Part shown: piece after piece, positions 9,556 to 18,830 of the stretch | Numbering within the stretch: position 1 is the first letter of the stretch | Layout of the letters: each line of letters begins with the position of its first letter | NCBI GenBank assembly: GCA_965215565.1 | Contig: CBDCDZ010000004.1 | Span: forward strand, 2,432,001-2,496,000 | From: Trueperaceae bacterium | GTDB taxonomy: Bacteria; Deinococcota; Deinococci; Deinococcales; Trueperaceae | Direction of reading: 5' to 3' | DNA: 64,000 nucleotides | The notes under the pieces: generated by a model | Told to the model about the DNA's origin: nothing | The model's input: only the letters and a program-made list of their open reading frames with translations | Database searches by the model: none | Translations under genes and position numbers: made by a program

Positions 9556-12500
9556 TCGAGAGAGGGTAAAGGGGACAGCGGCACCGTTGCGCTCACCGTC
9601 GTGCCCCTTTTAGGTTGCGAGCGCACCTTTAAGTTGCCCGCCAAGAGCCCCTCGACCTGCTCCTCTAAACCGACCAAGCCGAAGTGCTGGTCGCGAGCGA
9701 ACAAGCTGAGGCGCTCGGGCACCTCGAAGCCCACACCGTTATCTTCGACGCTCAGCGCGGCGCACCCCTCTTGCGTATTCAAAGTGATACAAACCTCGCT
9801 CGCGCTCGCGTGTTTAAGCGTGTTGCGCAGCGCCTCTTGCGCTACCCGAAAGAGGATTTGGGCGATCACAAGTGGTAAGCGCTGCTCGAGCGTGATGTCG
9901 AGCGCAATGTTGGGGCTCCTCGGGCTCGCCTCCTCGACCTGTTTAGCGTAGATTTCCAAGGTGTTTTTGAGCCCCAACTCCTCCAACCCAGGCGTGCGCA
10001 ACTCGCCGATGGTGTGGCGCAAGCGGCTCACGAGCCGCAGTACACCGTCGCGGTGCGCCTGTATCTCATCCGCGAACGCGGCGTCTTTGCCGCGCTTCGA
10101 GAGCGCTAAACCCTGCGCGATACCGATGAGTTCTTGGATGGCGTCGTCGTGAAGGTTGCGCGCCAAAGCGATGCGCTCCTCTTCGCGGATTTCGCCCAGC
10201 TTGCGCCGCACGGTGGCGAGTTCTTCCTCGACGCGCCGCCGCTCGGTCACGTCGTCTAGGATGAGCAGCGTGTGACCTTCGCCAGCAAATTCGATGATCT
10301 CGAGCGACGCTTGTAAAAAGCGCTCGCCGCTGCCCTTTTTGTTGATCGTCAGCTCTAAGAGCCGCGCTTTTTGCTGCGCTTCGAGCATCTTTTTGAGCGA
10401 CGCGGGCGCGACCTTATCCTGCCAGATGTCCAGCTCGAAAATGGACTTGTCCATCAGCTCGCCCCGCGCGTAGCCCAGGACCGCTTCGCACTGCGCGTTC
10501 ACGTCGATGACGACGCCCCTATCCAAGATGAGCAGACACGTCGCGCTCGGTCCCTGCTCGAAAACCGCCCGAAAGCGCTCCTCGGAGGCGCGGAGTTCGT
10601 CCTCCGCCTCTTTGCGCGCCGTCGTGTCGCGCACCATCGCCAAGCCGCCGACTATATCGCCTGCGCCGTCGCGGAGCGGCGCGTAGTTCGCGGAGAAAAC
10701 ACCCTCTAGCCCCGTCGCTGGAACGGTGTAGGGTTGGTCCTGCGTCTTAGGGCGCTCGCCCGCCAAGGTCGCGCGCTGTACGTCCATCTCGCCGATGTCT
10801 TCTAAAAAGGGAAAGACCTCGTGCGCTACGTTGCCGATGACATTTGCCGCTGCCATCCCCGTGATGCGCTCCATGCCGGGGTTCCAAACCGTGTAGCGGT
10901 GCTCATAGTCAAAGGCGAGAACGCCGTCCACGCTGCTGCTGATGAGTTGCTCGGTGAACTCTTTTTCGCGCTGCAAGGCGAGTTCAGCCTCTTTGCGCTC
11001 GGTGATGGGCAGAGCGGTACCGATGATTCTATAGACCTTGCCCGCAGCGTCAGCGACGGGATTGAGCGTGACGAGCCACCACATCTCTTCGTCCGTCAGC
11101 GAGGCGTTGATTTCGTACTCGAGCCGCTGGTTCGTCCCGGCGCACGTCCGGTGCTTCTGCCGTACCCACTCCACGGTGCCTATCGGCGAACGCGAGAGGA
11201 GCGTTTGAATGGTTTTACCTTCTATCTCGTTCGCCGGAACGCCCGTGAAGCGCTCGAAGGCAGGGTTTACATTTATGTAGGTCATCGTTTCGGCGTCCAT
11301 CACGTAGACCGCTAGGCTGACCTCGTTATAGATACTCTGCAAGAACGCGCGCTGCTCCCTGAGCTGCATATTTGCGCTCTGGAGCGCTTCGGTGCGCTCG
11401 GCGACGCGCCGCTCTAAGCCCTCGTTCGCACGTTGTAGAGCGTGCTCTGCGCCTTGGCGTAAAGACGCTTGGGCAAGCACGTTGGCGACGGCTTGCACGA
11501 AGGTCACGTCGTCCTGGGAGAAGTCGCGCGGCGTCCTCGTGTGCACCCCTAGCACACCATAAGGTTTTTCCTGCCCCTCGATGGTGACACTGACGCCGCT
11601 AACTACGCCGTGCTCGCTGAGGAGCGCGGAACCCGAGAAGCGCGTCTCTTCGGCTAGATTTGTAACGATGACAGGACCCTCCGCTTGAAGCGTATAGCCC
11701 GCCTGCGAGTCTAAGTCGTCACTGACTTTCGCGGTGCCCGCGAGCCCCTCGCGCCAGCCGACGCCCGCGCGCAGCAGGAGGGCTCCCTCGTCTGGCAGAT
11801 GCTTTAAGACCTTACAGAAGTCCGCGTCCAGGGTCTCGGCGACGCGCGTTGCGGCGCTGTCCATAAGGACTTGCGCGTCCACGCCTGCTAGCGCTCTCTG
11901 CCCGAGCCTCGCGACGACGTCTTGCTGCTGGGCGCGGCGCTCCGCCTGGCGCTGCGCGCTCTCCAACGCGGTGACGTCGAAGAGCGTCACCACCACGCCG
12001 TCGATGCGGTCGTCGACGGTGCGGTAGGGCAGGAGTTTGACGATGTAGAACGCGCCGTCCTTGCTCTCTAGCTCGAGTTCTTGCGCGTGGAGCGTCTCTA
12101 AAACCTCGGCGGCGTCTTCCTCGAGCGCGTTGTAGCGCAGTGTGTGCGACACGTGACTAAAGGGCCGCCCAACGTCCTCGGAAATGAGGTTGAAGACCTC
12201 CGCAGCACGCGGCGTGTAGCGCTTGAGGCGCAGGTTACTGTCTAAAAAGAGCGTACCGACGTCGGTGCTGGCGATCAAGTTTTCCAGGTCGCTGTTCGCT
12301 TGGTTGAGTTCTTCGATTTTGTTGCGCAGTTCCTGATTGACCGTGACCAACTCTTCGTTGGTGGACTGAAGCTCCTCGCGCGAAGTTTCAAGCTCCTCGG
12401 CGGTAGAGCGCGTCTCCTCGTTCATCGACTGCAGCTCTTCGTTCGAGGCGCGTAACTCTTCGTTGGAGGTCTCGAACTCTTCGGTGATCATTTGCAGCGT

Positions 12501-14462
12501 CTCGCGGGTGCTCCTCAGTTCGTCCTCTAACTGGCGGGCGAGTTCGCCTTGCGTCTCATCCGCAGCGTCGCTCGCGCCCTGTCCTGCTTCGGCAAGTTCG
12601 CTGGAGGCTCGCTCCTCCAATAAGATGATCGCAAAGCGCGTCTCATCCTCTAGGGGACGCACGGTGAGATTGAGCGTCAAGGTATCGTCCTCATTTTGAA
12701 AGGAGACGCGCTTGTCCTCGGTGATCTTATCTCGGCGAAAAAGGCGGTACAACGCACTGCGCAGCTCGAGGCTCAAGTTGCCCCGCGCAAGCTGCACGAC
12801 GTTTTGCGTCGGCTCCCCCTCGGGCTGCTCCAGATACTTGCCCGTGCGCCCCGAGGTGTAGACGACGTCGTAAGCGTCGTTGACGACGATGTAGGTGGGC
12901 GCGTAGTGCTTTAAGACAAAACGCTTGGCGAGGCTGCCGGGGTCGTCCTCTTTTTTATCTTTGGACGCGGGCGCGTCCTTCGTCGGTAGCGTGAAGGGGT
13001 AGCTCGCTCGCGTCTGCCCCTGATTGTCCGTGTCTCGGCGCACGAAGAGCTTCGACTTCCGCTCGACTTCGCCGAAGAGGTTCGCCACTTTACCAAGCGA
13101 CTCGGACGCGCCCAAGAAGAGGTAGCCGTTCTCACGGAGCGCATAGTGGAAGAGGTTGAACACGCGCTCCTGGAGCGGATTGTCCAAATAGATGAGCAGG
13201 TTGCGGCAGGTGATGAGGTCGAGCCGAGAGAAGGGTGGGTCTTTAATGAGGTTGTGCGCGGTGAAGAGAACAATTTCACGCAGGTCCTGGTTGACGCGGT
13301 AGTGATCGCCCTCGGAGGTGAAAAAGCGCTTGAGGCGCTCTTTCGACACGTCCGTGGCAATCGAACCAGGATAGACGCCGCGCCGCGCGAACTCCAAGGC
13401 GCGCTCATCGATATCCGAGGCGAAGACCTGCAGCGTTTTGCGCTTGGGCTGCCGCGCGTTCGCCTCAGAGAGGAGCATGGCGAGCGAATAAGCCTCCTCA
13501 CCCGTCGCGCAGCCCGTGACCCACACGCGCACGCTCTCCTCTTCGCCCCCAAAGAGCTTGGGGATAACGCGCTGCTCCAACGTCTCGAACGCATCCTTGT
13601 CCCGGAAGAAGTTCGTTACGCTGATGAGGAGTTCGCGGAAGAGGTTGTCCACCTCCGCTGCGTTGTCACGCAGATACGCCAGGTAGTCGCTCAGCTCAGA
13701 AAGCCCCAAGACCTGCATCCGCCGCCCGATGCGCCGGAAGATGGTGTTGCGCTTGTAGTACGAGAAGTCGTGACCCGTTTTATTGCGCAGTTGTCCGAAG
13801 ATTTTCTGCAGGGTCTCCGAATCGTCTTCGGGCAGCTTGCTCTCGCCGTCGGGTAGGTCCAGCGTCTCGGCGTGGTTTTTAACCTGGACGAGCTTTTCAG
13901 GTATCTGCGCCGCATCCAAGACGAAGTCCACGAGCCCAGTAGCCGCTGCGCTGCGGGGCATCCCGTCGTATTCGGCGTCCTCTTCGCGCTGCGCGAAGGT
14001 GAGCCCGCCCTTCTCCTTGATGGCTTTGAGTCCCTGCGTGCCGTCCGTGCCCGTACCCGACAAGATGACGCAGACCGCGTCCTTTCCCTGGTCTTCGGCT
14101 AAGGAGCGGAAGAAGAGGTCGATCATCGCATGTGAGCCGCGCTGTTCGCGCGCCGAGAGGTGCAGCGTACCGCCGCTGATCTCCAGGTGCTTGTTCGGCG
14201 GGATGATGTAGACGCAGTTTGGCTCGACTTTGGGGCTGTCTTCGACTTGCGTGACCGGCATCGAGGTGTGATTTTGGAGGAGTTCGGCTAACTCGCTGCG
14301 GTGGTTGGGGTCTAGGTGCTGCACCAACACGAACGCCATGCCGCTCTCGGCGTCTAAGTTCTTGAAAAACGTCTCGAACGCCTTGAGTCCTCCCGCCGAC
14401 GCGCCGATGCCGACGATGGGGAAGGTACGTTGCTCGTTCGAATTTTCAGATGTGCTAGCCAT
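9543..14462 (-). CDS. CheB/CheR fusion with coiled coil, PAS, GAF and NarX-type (HisKA_3) histidine kinase domains
   Basis: GASAGG/QH/GTDG CheB triad, GCATGEEAYS and CRNLLIY CheR motifs, SNEELQS coil, three C-terminal PAS, LHDDAIQ H-box, EALRN/DNGVGF. Confidence 0.9.
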   Translation of the reverse strand: MASTSENSNEQRTFPIVGIGASAGGLKAFETFFKNLDAESGMAFVLVQHLDPNHRSELAELLQNHTSMPVTQVEDSPKVEPNCVYIIPPNKHLEISGGTLHLSAREQRGSHAMIDLFFRSLAEDQGKDAVCVILSGTGTDGTQGLKAIKEKGGLTFAQREEDAEYDGMPRSAAATGLVDFVLDAAQIPEKLVQVKNHAETLDLPDGESKLPEDDSETLQKIFGQLRNKTGHDFSYYKRNTIFRRIGRRMQVLGLSELSDYLAYLRDNAAEVDNLFRELLISVTNFFRDKDAFETLEQRVIPKLFGGEEESVRVWVTGCATGEEAYSLAMLLSEANARQPKRKTLQVFASDIDERALEFARRGVYPGSIATDVSKERLKRFFTSEGDHYRVNQDLREIVLFTAHNLIKDPPFSRLDLITCRNLLIYLDNPLQERVFNLFHYALRENGYLFLGASESLGKVANLFGEVERKSKLFVRRDTDNQGQTRASYPFTLPTKDAPASKDKKEDDPGSLAKRFVLKHYAPTYIVVNDAYDVVYTSGRTGKYLEQPEGEPTQNVVQLARGNLSLELRSALYRLFRRDKITEDKRVSFQNEDDTLTLNLTVRPLEDETRFAIILLEERASSELAEAGQGASDAADETQGELARQLEDELRSTRETLQMITEEFETSNEELRASNEELQSMNEETRSTAEELETSREELQSTNEELVTVNQELRNKIEELNQANSDLENLIASTDVGTLFLDSNLRLKRYTPRAAEVFNLISEDVGRPFSHVSHTLRYNALEEDAAEVLETLHAQELELESKDGAFYIVKLLPYRTVDDRIDGVVVTLFDVTALESAQRQAERRAQQQDVVARLGQRALAGVDAQVLMDSAATRVAETLDADFCKVLKHLPDEGALLLRAGVGWREGLAGTAKVSDDLDSQAGYTLQAEGPVIVTNLAEETRFSGSALLSEHGVVSGVSVTIEGQEKPYGVLGVHTRTPRDFSQDDVTFVQAVANVLAQASLRQGAEHALQRANEGLERRVAERTEALQSANMQLREQRAFLQSIYNEVSLAVYVMDAETMTYINVNPAFERFTGVPANEIEGKTIQTLLSRSPIGTVEWVRQKHRTCAGTNQRLEYEINASLTDEEMWWLVTLNPVADAAGKVYRIIGTALPITERKEAELALQREKEFTEQLISSSVDGVLAFDYEHRYTVWNPGMERITGMAAANVIGNVAHEVFPFLEDIGEMDVQRATLAGERPKTQDQPYTVPATGLEGVFSANYAPLRDGAGDIVGGLAMVRDTTARKEAEDELRASEERFRAVFEQGPSATCLLILDRGVVIDVNAQCEAVLGYARGELMDKSIFELDIWQDKVAPASLKKMLEAQQKARLLELTINKKGSGERFLQASLEIIEFAGEGHTLLILDDVTERRRVEEELATVRRKLGEIREEERIALARNLHDDAIQELIGIAQGLALSKRGKDAAFADEIQAHRDGVLRLVSRLRHTIGELRTPGLEELGLKNTLEIYAKQVEEASPRSPNIALDITLEQRLPLVIAQILFRVAQEALRNTLKHASASEVCITLNTQEGCAALSVEDNGVGFEVPERLSLFARDQHFGLVGLEEQVEGLLAGNLKVRSQPKRGTTVSATVPLSPLPSLDQGS

Positions 14463-14705
14463 GCAGTGAAGCCTCATTCTTGCGGGTCGTTGAGTACACG
14501 TTGGGTAGGATCGTAACATCGTACTTTAACGTATTTTGCTCATAAAACCCCTTCACGAGGGCTACACTCGAGCCTCAACCAAACCACTAAAAAGAGCGAG
14601 CAAACGAGCACGCCTCGAATACAGCGGTCCAAGCTAAAGAGGTCAGCGTCATCCCGAAACAGTAGTAGACCTCGCTGAAAAAGTCATAGAAGGAGGCGAA
14701 TGCAG

Positions 14706-14746
14706 CGTAGGGGTGATTCATACAGTGATAAATATGTGCCCCTACG
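14706..14746. repeat. GTAG-type REP-like inverted repeat
   Basis: CGTAGGGG...CCCCTACG in intergenic DNA. Confidence 0.5.
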
Positions 14747-14917
14747 TCGCGTACTCCCTCACTGAGAGATGACGGTGACTTTTCTGGGGTAGTGAATAAT
14801 AACAGATGAGCCTTGGATCGCTCCCCTTGGACTTCGGCGAAAGAAGGGGGCGAAGTGCTGCAAGCGTGCGGTGAGGTAGAGGACCTCGAGCTACACTCCT
14901 AAGTAGGAGGTCCGCGT

Positions 14918-17677
14918 ATGTCCGACACAACTGAACGTGACACAGGTGAGCGTGATGTGGTCAACAGCCCCGCGAGCGAACCGCGCACCTACTACCGCGC
15001 CCCCGAGCCCCAAGGTCCCGCCGAGACGGGTCAGGTCATCTTAAAAGATGGCAGCACCGCCTACTTGCGCCCTGCGCGCTCCGAGGACAAAGACCTGCTC
15101 ATCCGCTTTTTACAAGGCATCTCGAAAGAGGCGTACGTGCGCCGCTTCTTCGCCGAGACCCCTTACGAGTCGGCGGCGAAACGAATGTTGGCAGGCGAAC
15201 CCATAGAGATGAAACTCGTCTTGTTCGTCTTGTCGGGCGATCCGCAAGACCCGGACATCATCGGGGCGGGGGAGTATATTCGCGAGAAAGAGGGGTCGAA
15301 AGAGGCTGAAGTTGCCTTTTTAGTAGGCGAAGAGCAGCGCGGCAAGGGCCTGGGCACACTCCTTTTGGAGCGCTTGGCGCTCGTCGCGGCGCGGCACGGA
15401 ATCGAGCGCTTTACGGCGGTGACGATGTCGCGCAACCGCGAGATGATAGGTGTCTTTAAGAGCAGCGGCTACGAGGTGCGGCGCAGGCTCGAGTACGGCG
15501 ACGTCGAAATAGACTTCTCCATTCAGCCGAGTCAAGAGAGCGTCGCACGCGCCGAAGCGAGAGAGCGCGTCGCTACCGTCGCGTCGCTCCGCCCCTTCTT
15601 CGAGCCGAAGCGCGTCGCGGTGATCGGCGCGTCGCGTGAGCCCGAGAGCGTCGGACAGCGCATCTTGTGGAACCTTTTAGACAGCGGCTTTCGCGACCTC
15701 TTCCCCATCCACCCCGAGGCGGACACGCTCGCAGGTCTAAAAGCGTATCCCTCTTTGAAAGAGGTACCGGAGATAGACCTAGCCGTCATCACCGTGCCCA
15801 AAGAGCACGTCGCTGAGGTAGTGGAGGCGTGTGGCGAGGGAGGCGTGCGCTCGCTCGTCATCGTGAGCGCGGGCTTCGGCGAGACGGGCGAGGCGGGGCG
15901 CAAAGCGCAACGGGATTTGGTCAAGAAGGTGCGCGGCTACGGGATGCGCCTGATCGGACCCAATAGCATGGGTCTTATGAACGTGCGCCCTAGAGGTAAG
16001 GGCGGCACGCTCAACGCGAGCTTCGCCGCGACGCTGCCAAAAAGTGGCCCTGTGGCGGTCTCGTCGCAGAGCGGCGCGCTGGGGCTCGCTATTTTGGAGC
16101 ACGCGCAGACGACGGAATTAGGGGTCTCGAGCTTTGTCAGCTTGGGCAACAAGGGCGACGTGTCGGGCAACGACCTCTTGCAGTACTGGGAGGACAACGA
16201 GCAAACGGGGCTCATCATCCTCTACTTGGCGTCGTTCGGCAACCCGCGCCGCTTCGCACGTTTGGCGCGCCGCGTCGGGCGCAAGAAGCCTATCCTGGCG
16301 GTGAAAGCGGAGCGGACGTCATCCGACTCGTCAGCGGACGCCACCGGAGATATCGCGGTAGACGCCCTCTTCCGGCAGACCGGCGTGGTTCGCGCGCAAA
16401 CTTTCGAGGAGTTGTTCGATGTGGCGGCGTTCCTGTCGCACCAACCTCTTCCCAAAGGCAAGCGCGTCGCCGTCGTTTCGAATGCGGGCGGGCCGGCGAG
16501 CTTAGCCACCGACGCGCTAGCGGCGGCGGGGTTGGAGGTGCCGGAGATGGACGAGGCGACGCGGGAGGCGCTGGGGCAAACGCTACTAGCGGGCTCGAGC
16601 CTCACTAACCCCGTCGACATGAGCGCCTTTGCCACCGCCGCGCACTACCGCTTTGCCGTTGAAACAGTGCTGAAGAGCGACGTCGACGCCCTCTTGGTGC
16701 TCTTCTCCCCCATCGGTCCGAGCCACGCCGAAGAGGTCGCGGACGCGGTAGGGGAGGCGGTCAAAGCCGCGCGCGAAGCGGGATGTAACCAGAGCGTACT
16801 CATCTGCTTCACCACCTACCAGAACGCCCGCCCGCCGCTCCCAGCGGGGGACGAAAACCTGCCCACGTACCGCTTCCCCGAGTCGGCGGTGCGCGCGCTC
16901 GCCAAAGCGCGAGAGTACGCAGCGTGGTGTGAGACGCCGCTAGGCTTGATTCCTGATTTTCCTGACCTGAACGTTGACCGCGCTAAAGAGGTCTGCCAAG
17001 GCGCACAGGAGAGAGGCGGCGGCTGGCTCACACCGGGCGAAGTCGCGCACGTTCTGAACGCTTTCGGGCTCCCGCTCGCGCCGCACCGTTTGGCGGACGA
17101 CGCGGCGGGCGCAGTCCGCGCCGCAGCCGACTTAGGCTACCCCGTCGTCGTCAAGCTCGCCTCGCAGACGCTCATGGATAAGTCCGACTGGAACGGCGTC
17201 AAGCTCAACCTCCGGGGCGAAGCGGACGTGCGCCGCGCCTGCGAGGAGATCGAAACGACGCTGCGCGAGGCGGGGCGCGCGGACGACCTCTTGGGCTTTC
17301 TCGTGCAGCCGCTCGTAGAAGCGGGCACCGAACTCGCCATCGGCGTGCGGCAAGACCCGCTCTTCGGACCGCTGCTCTCCTTCGGCCTGGGCGGCGTCTA
17401 TATGGAGGTCCTACACGACACGGTCTACCGCGTGACGCCCCTGACCGAGCGCGACGCCGAGGGGATGGTGCACGAGGTGAGGGGGTACCCGCTCCTGACG
17501 GGCTACCGGGGGCACGCGCCCGCCGACTTAGAGGCGGTTCAAGAGATGCTCTTACAAGTCTCGAGATTGGTCGAAGAACTGCCCGAAATCGCCGAACTCG
17601 ACCTCAACCCCTTCAAGGCGCACGAACCGGGGCGGGGCTGCACGATTCTAGACGCGCGTATTCGCGTGGCTGTATAG
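14918..17677 (+). CDS. GNAT / NDP-forming acyl-CoA synthetase fusion (Pat-type protein lysine acetyltransferase)
   Basis: N-terminal GNAT (QRGKGLGTLLL), CoA-binding (VIGAS, GPNSMG, SQSGALG), C-terminal ATP-grasp (ELDLNP); SD AGGAGG. Confidence 0.9.
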   Translation: MSDTTERDTGERDVVNSPASEPRTYYRAPEPQGPAETGQVILKDGSTAYLRPARSEDKDLLIRFLQGISKEAYVRRFFAETPYESAAKRMLAGEPIEMKLVLFVLSGDPQDPDIIGAGEYIREKEGSKEAEVAFLVGEEQRGKGLGTLLLERLALVAARHGIERFTAVTMSRNREMIGVFKSSGYEVRRRLEYGDVEIDFSIQPSQESVARAEARERVATVASLRPFFEPKRVAVIGASREPESVGQRILWNLLDSGFRDLFPIHPEADTLAGLKAYPSLKEVPEIDLAVITVPKEHVAEVVEACGEGGVRSLVIVSAGFGETGEAGRKAQRDLVKKVRGYGMRLIGPNSMGLMNVRPRGKGGTLNASFAATLPKSGPVAVSSQSGALGLAILEHAQTTELGVSSFVSLGNKGDVSGNDLLQYWEDNEQTGLIILYLASFGNPRRFARLARRVGRKKPILAVKAERTSSDSSADATGDIAVDALFRQTGVVRAQTFEELFDVAAFLSHQPLPKGKRVAVVSNAGGPASLATDALAAAGLEVPEMDEATREALGQTLLAGSSLTNPVDMSAFATAAHYRFAVETVLKSDVDALLVLFSPIGPSHAEEVADAVGEAVKAAREAGCNQSVLICFTTYQNARPPLPAGDENLPTYRFPESAVRALAKAREYAAWCETPLGLIPDFPDLNVDRAKEVCQGAQERGGGWLTPGEVAHVLNAFGLPLAPHRLADDAAGAVRAAADLGYPVVVKLASQTLMDKSDWNGVKLNLRGEADVRRACEEIETTLREAGRADDLLGFLVQPLVEAGTELAIGVRQDPLFGPLLSFGLGGVYMEVLHDTVYRVTPLTERDAEGMVHEVRGYPLLTGYRGHAPADLEAVQEMLLQVSRLVEELPEIAELDLNPFKAHEPGRGCTILDARIRVAV

Positions 17678-17693
17678 ATTAGTGGCGATGTGG

Positions 17694-18830
17694 TTACGCT
17701 GCGTTCGGCATCCGGTCGGCGACACGTTCGGGCAACAAGAGGTTGAGATACTCGTCGCAGATGGACTCTAGGGAGAAGTCCGCCGCCCTCGCTTTGAGTT
17801 CGGCGCTGGGAACGCTGCTCTCCAACGTACGCGAGATGGCCGCCGCGAGCCCCTGCACGTCGCCCACTTCGACGAGCGGACCGTATCTGCCGCCCTCTAA
17901 AATCTCCCTCGGACCGCTCGGGCAATCCGTACTCACCACCGGGCAGCCGCACGCCATCGCCTGGATGAGCACGCCGGGCAGCCCCTCCCACTTCGAGGCG
18001 AGCACGAAGAGAGAGGCCCGCGACATGTACATGAAAGGGTTGTCGACGAAGCCGGGCAGCGAGACGTCCTCCTCTACGCCCAATTCGGCGATGAGCGCTT
18101 CCAGCTCGGCGCGCTGCTGACCTTCGCCTAAGATCATCAGCTTGACGGGGCGCTCGGCCCTTACTTGGGCAAAGGCGCGGATCATATTTGGGTAGTCCTT
18201 CTGCCCCGTGAACCGCCCCGCAGCGAGCAGGACGGGGGGACCGCCGCCATCAAACCAAGGATGCGCGAGGGGCGCTCGCGCCTGGCGCTTCAACTCGTCG
18301 GTCACGACAGGGTTGTAGATGGCGTGGATTTTTTCCGGCGGCGCGCCTGTAAAGCGCCCTATATCGTCCGCCACCCCTTTGGATACGCCGATGAGACCTG
18401 TGGCTCGGGGGAAGAGGTGTCTCACCGCCGCGCGTAGCAGCTTGACTCTGGGACTATTAACCGTTCCCTGAAACATCATGTTGGACACGCGCGCGAAGAC
18501 GCGCGTGTCCGTACCCGCGAGCCGCGCCGCCAAAATAGCCGCCACCGCCGCGTGGTTGAGCGTGACGAGGAGCGTCCTAGGCTTCGCCTTGCGCAAGTAG
18601 CGCACGAGTTTGGGCAGGCTGCTCATCACGCCGCCACTCCCAAGGTCGATCACGTTGACTCCAGGGGGTACGTGCGAGAGGTAGGGTCCCTTCGCCTCGG
18701 CGAGCACCAGATCAACCGCTACGCCGCGCTTCGTGAAACCCTCGCTCAAGTTGACCATCATCCGCTCCGCGCCGCCGCCCTTGAGGTTCGGGATGTAGAG
18801 GGTGATATCCGTAGCGCGGGACCTGCTCAT
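17694..18830 (-). CDS. Glycosyltransferase family 4
   Basis: GGAER, QKDY, SKWEGLPGVLIQAMACG motifs; ATG overlapping asnB stop. Confidence 0.9.
   Translation of the reverse strand: MSRSRATDITLYIPNLKGGGAERMMVNLSEGFTKRGVAVDLVLAEAKGPYLSHVPPGVNVIDLGSGGVMSSLPKLVRYLRKAKPRTLLVTLNHAAVAAILAARLAGTDTRVFARVSNMMFQGTVNSPRVKLLRAAVRHLFPRATGLIGVSKGVADDIGRFTGAPPEKIHAIYNPVVTDELKRQARAPLAHPWFDGGGPPVLLAAGRFTGQKDYPNMIRAFAQVRAERPVKLMILGEGQQRAELEALIAELGVEEDVSLPGFVDNPFMYMSRASLFVLASKWEGLPGVLIQAMACGCPVVSTDCPSGPREILEGGRYGPLVEVGDVQGLAAAISRTLESSVPSAELKARAADFSLESICDEYLNLLLPERVADRMPNAA

Noticed and set aside
13146..13856. Long antisense ORFs (also 26307-27017, 37379-38071)
   Set aside because: Shadow frames of real genes in GC-rich DNA.
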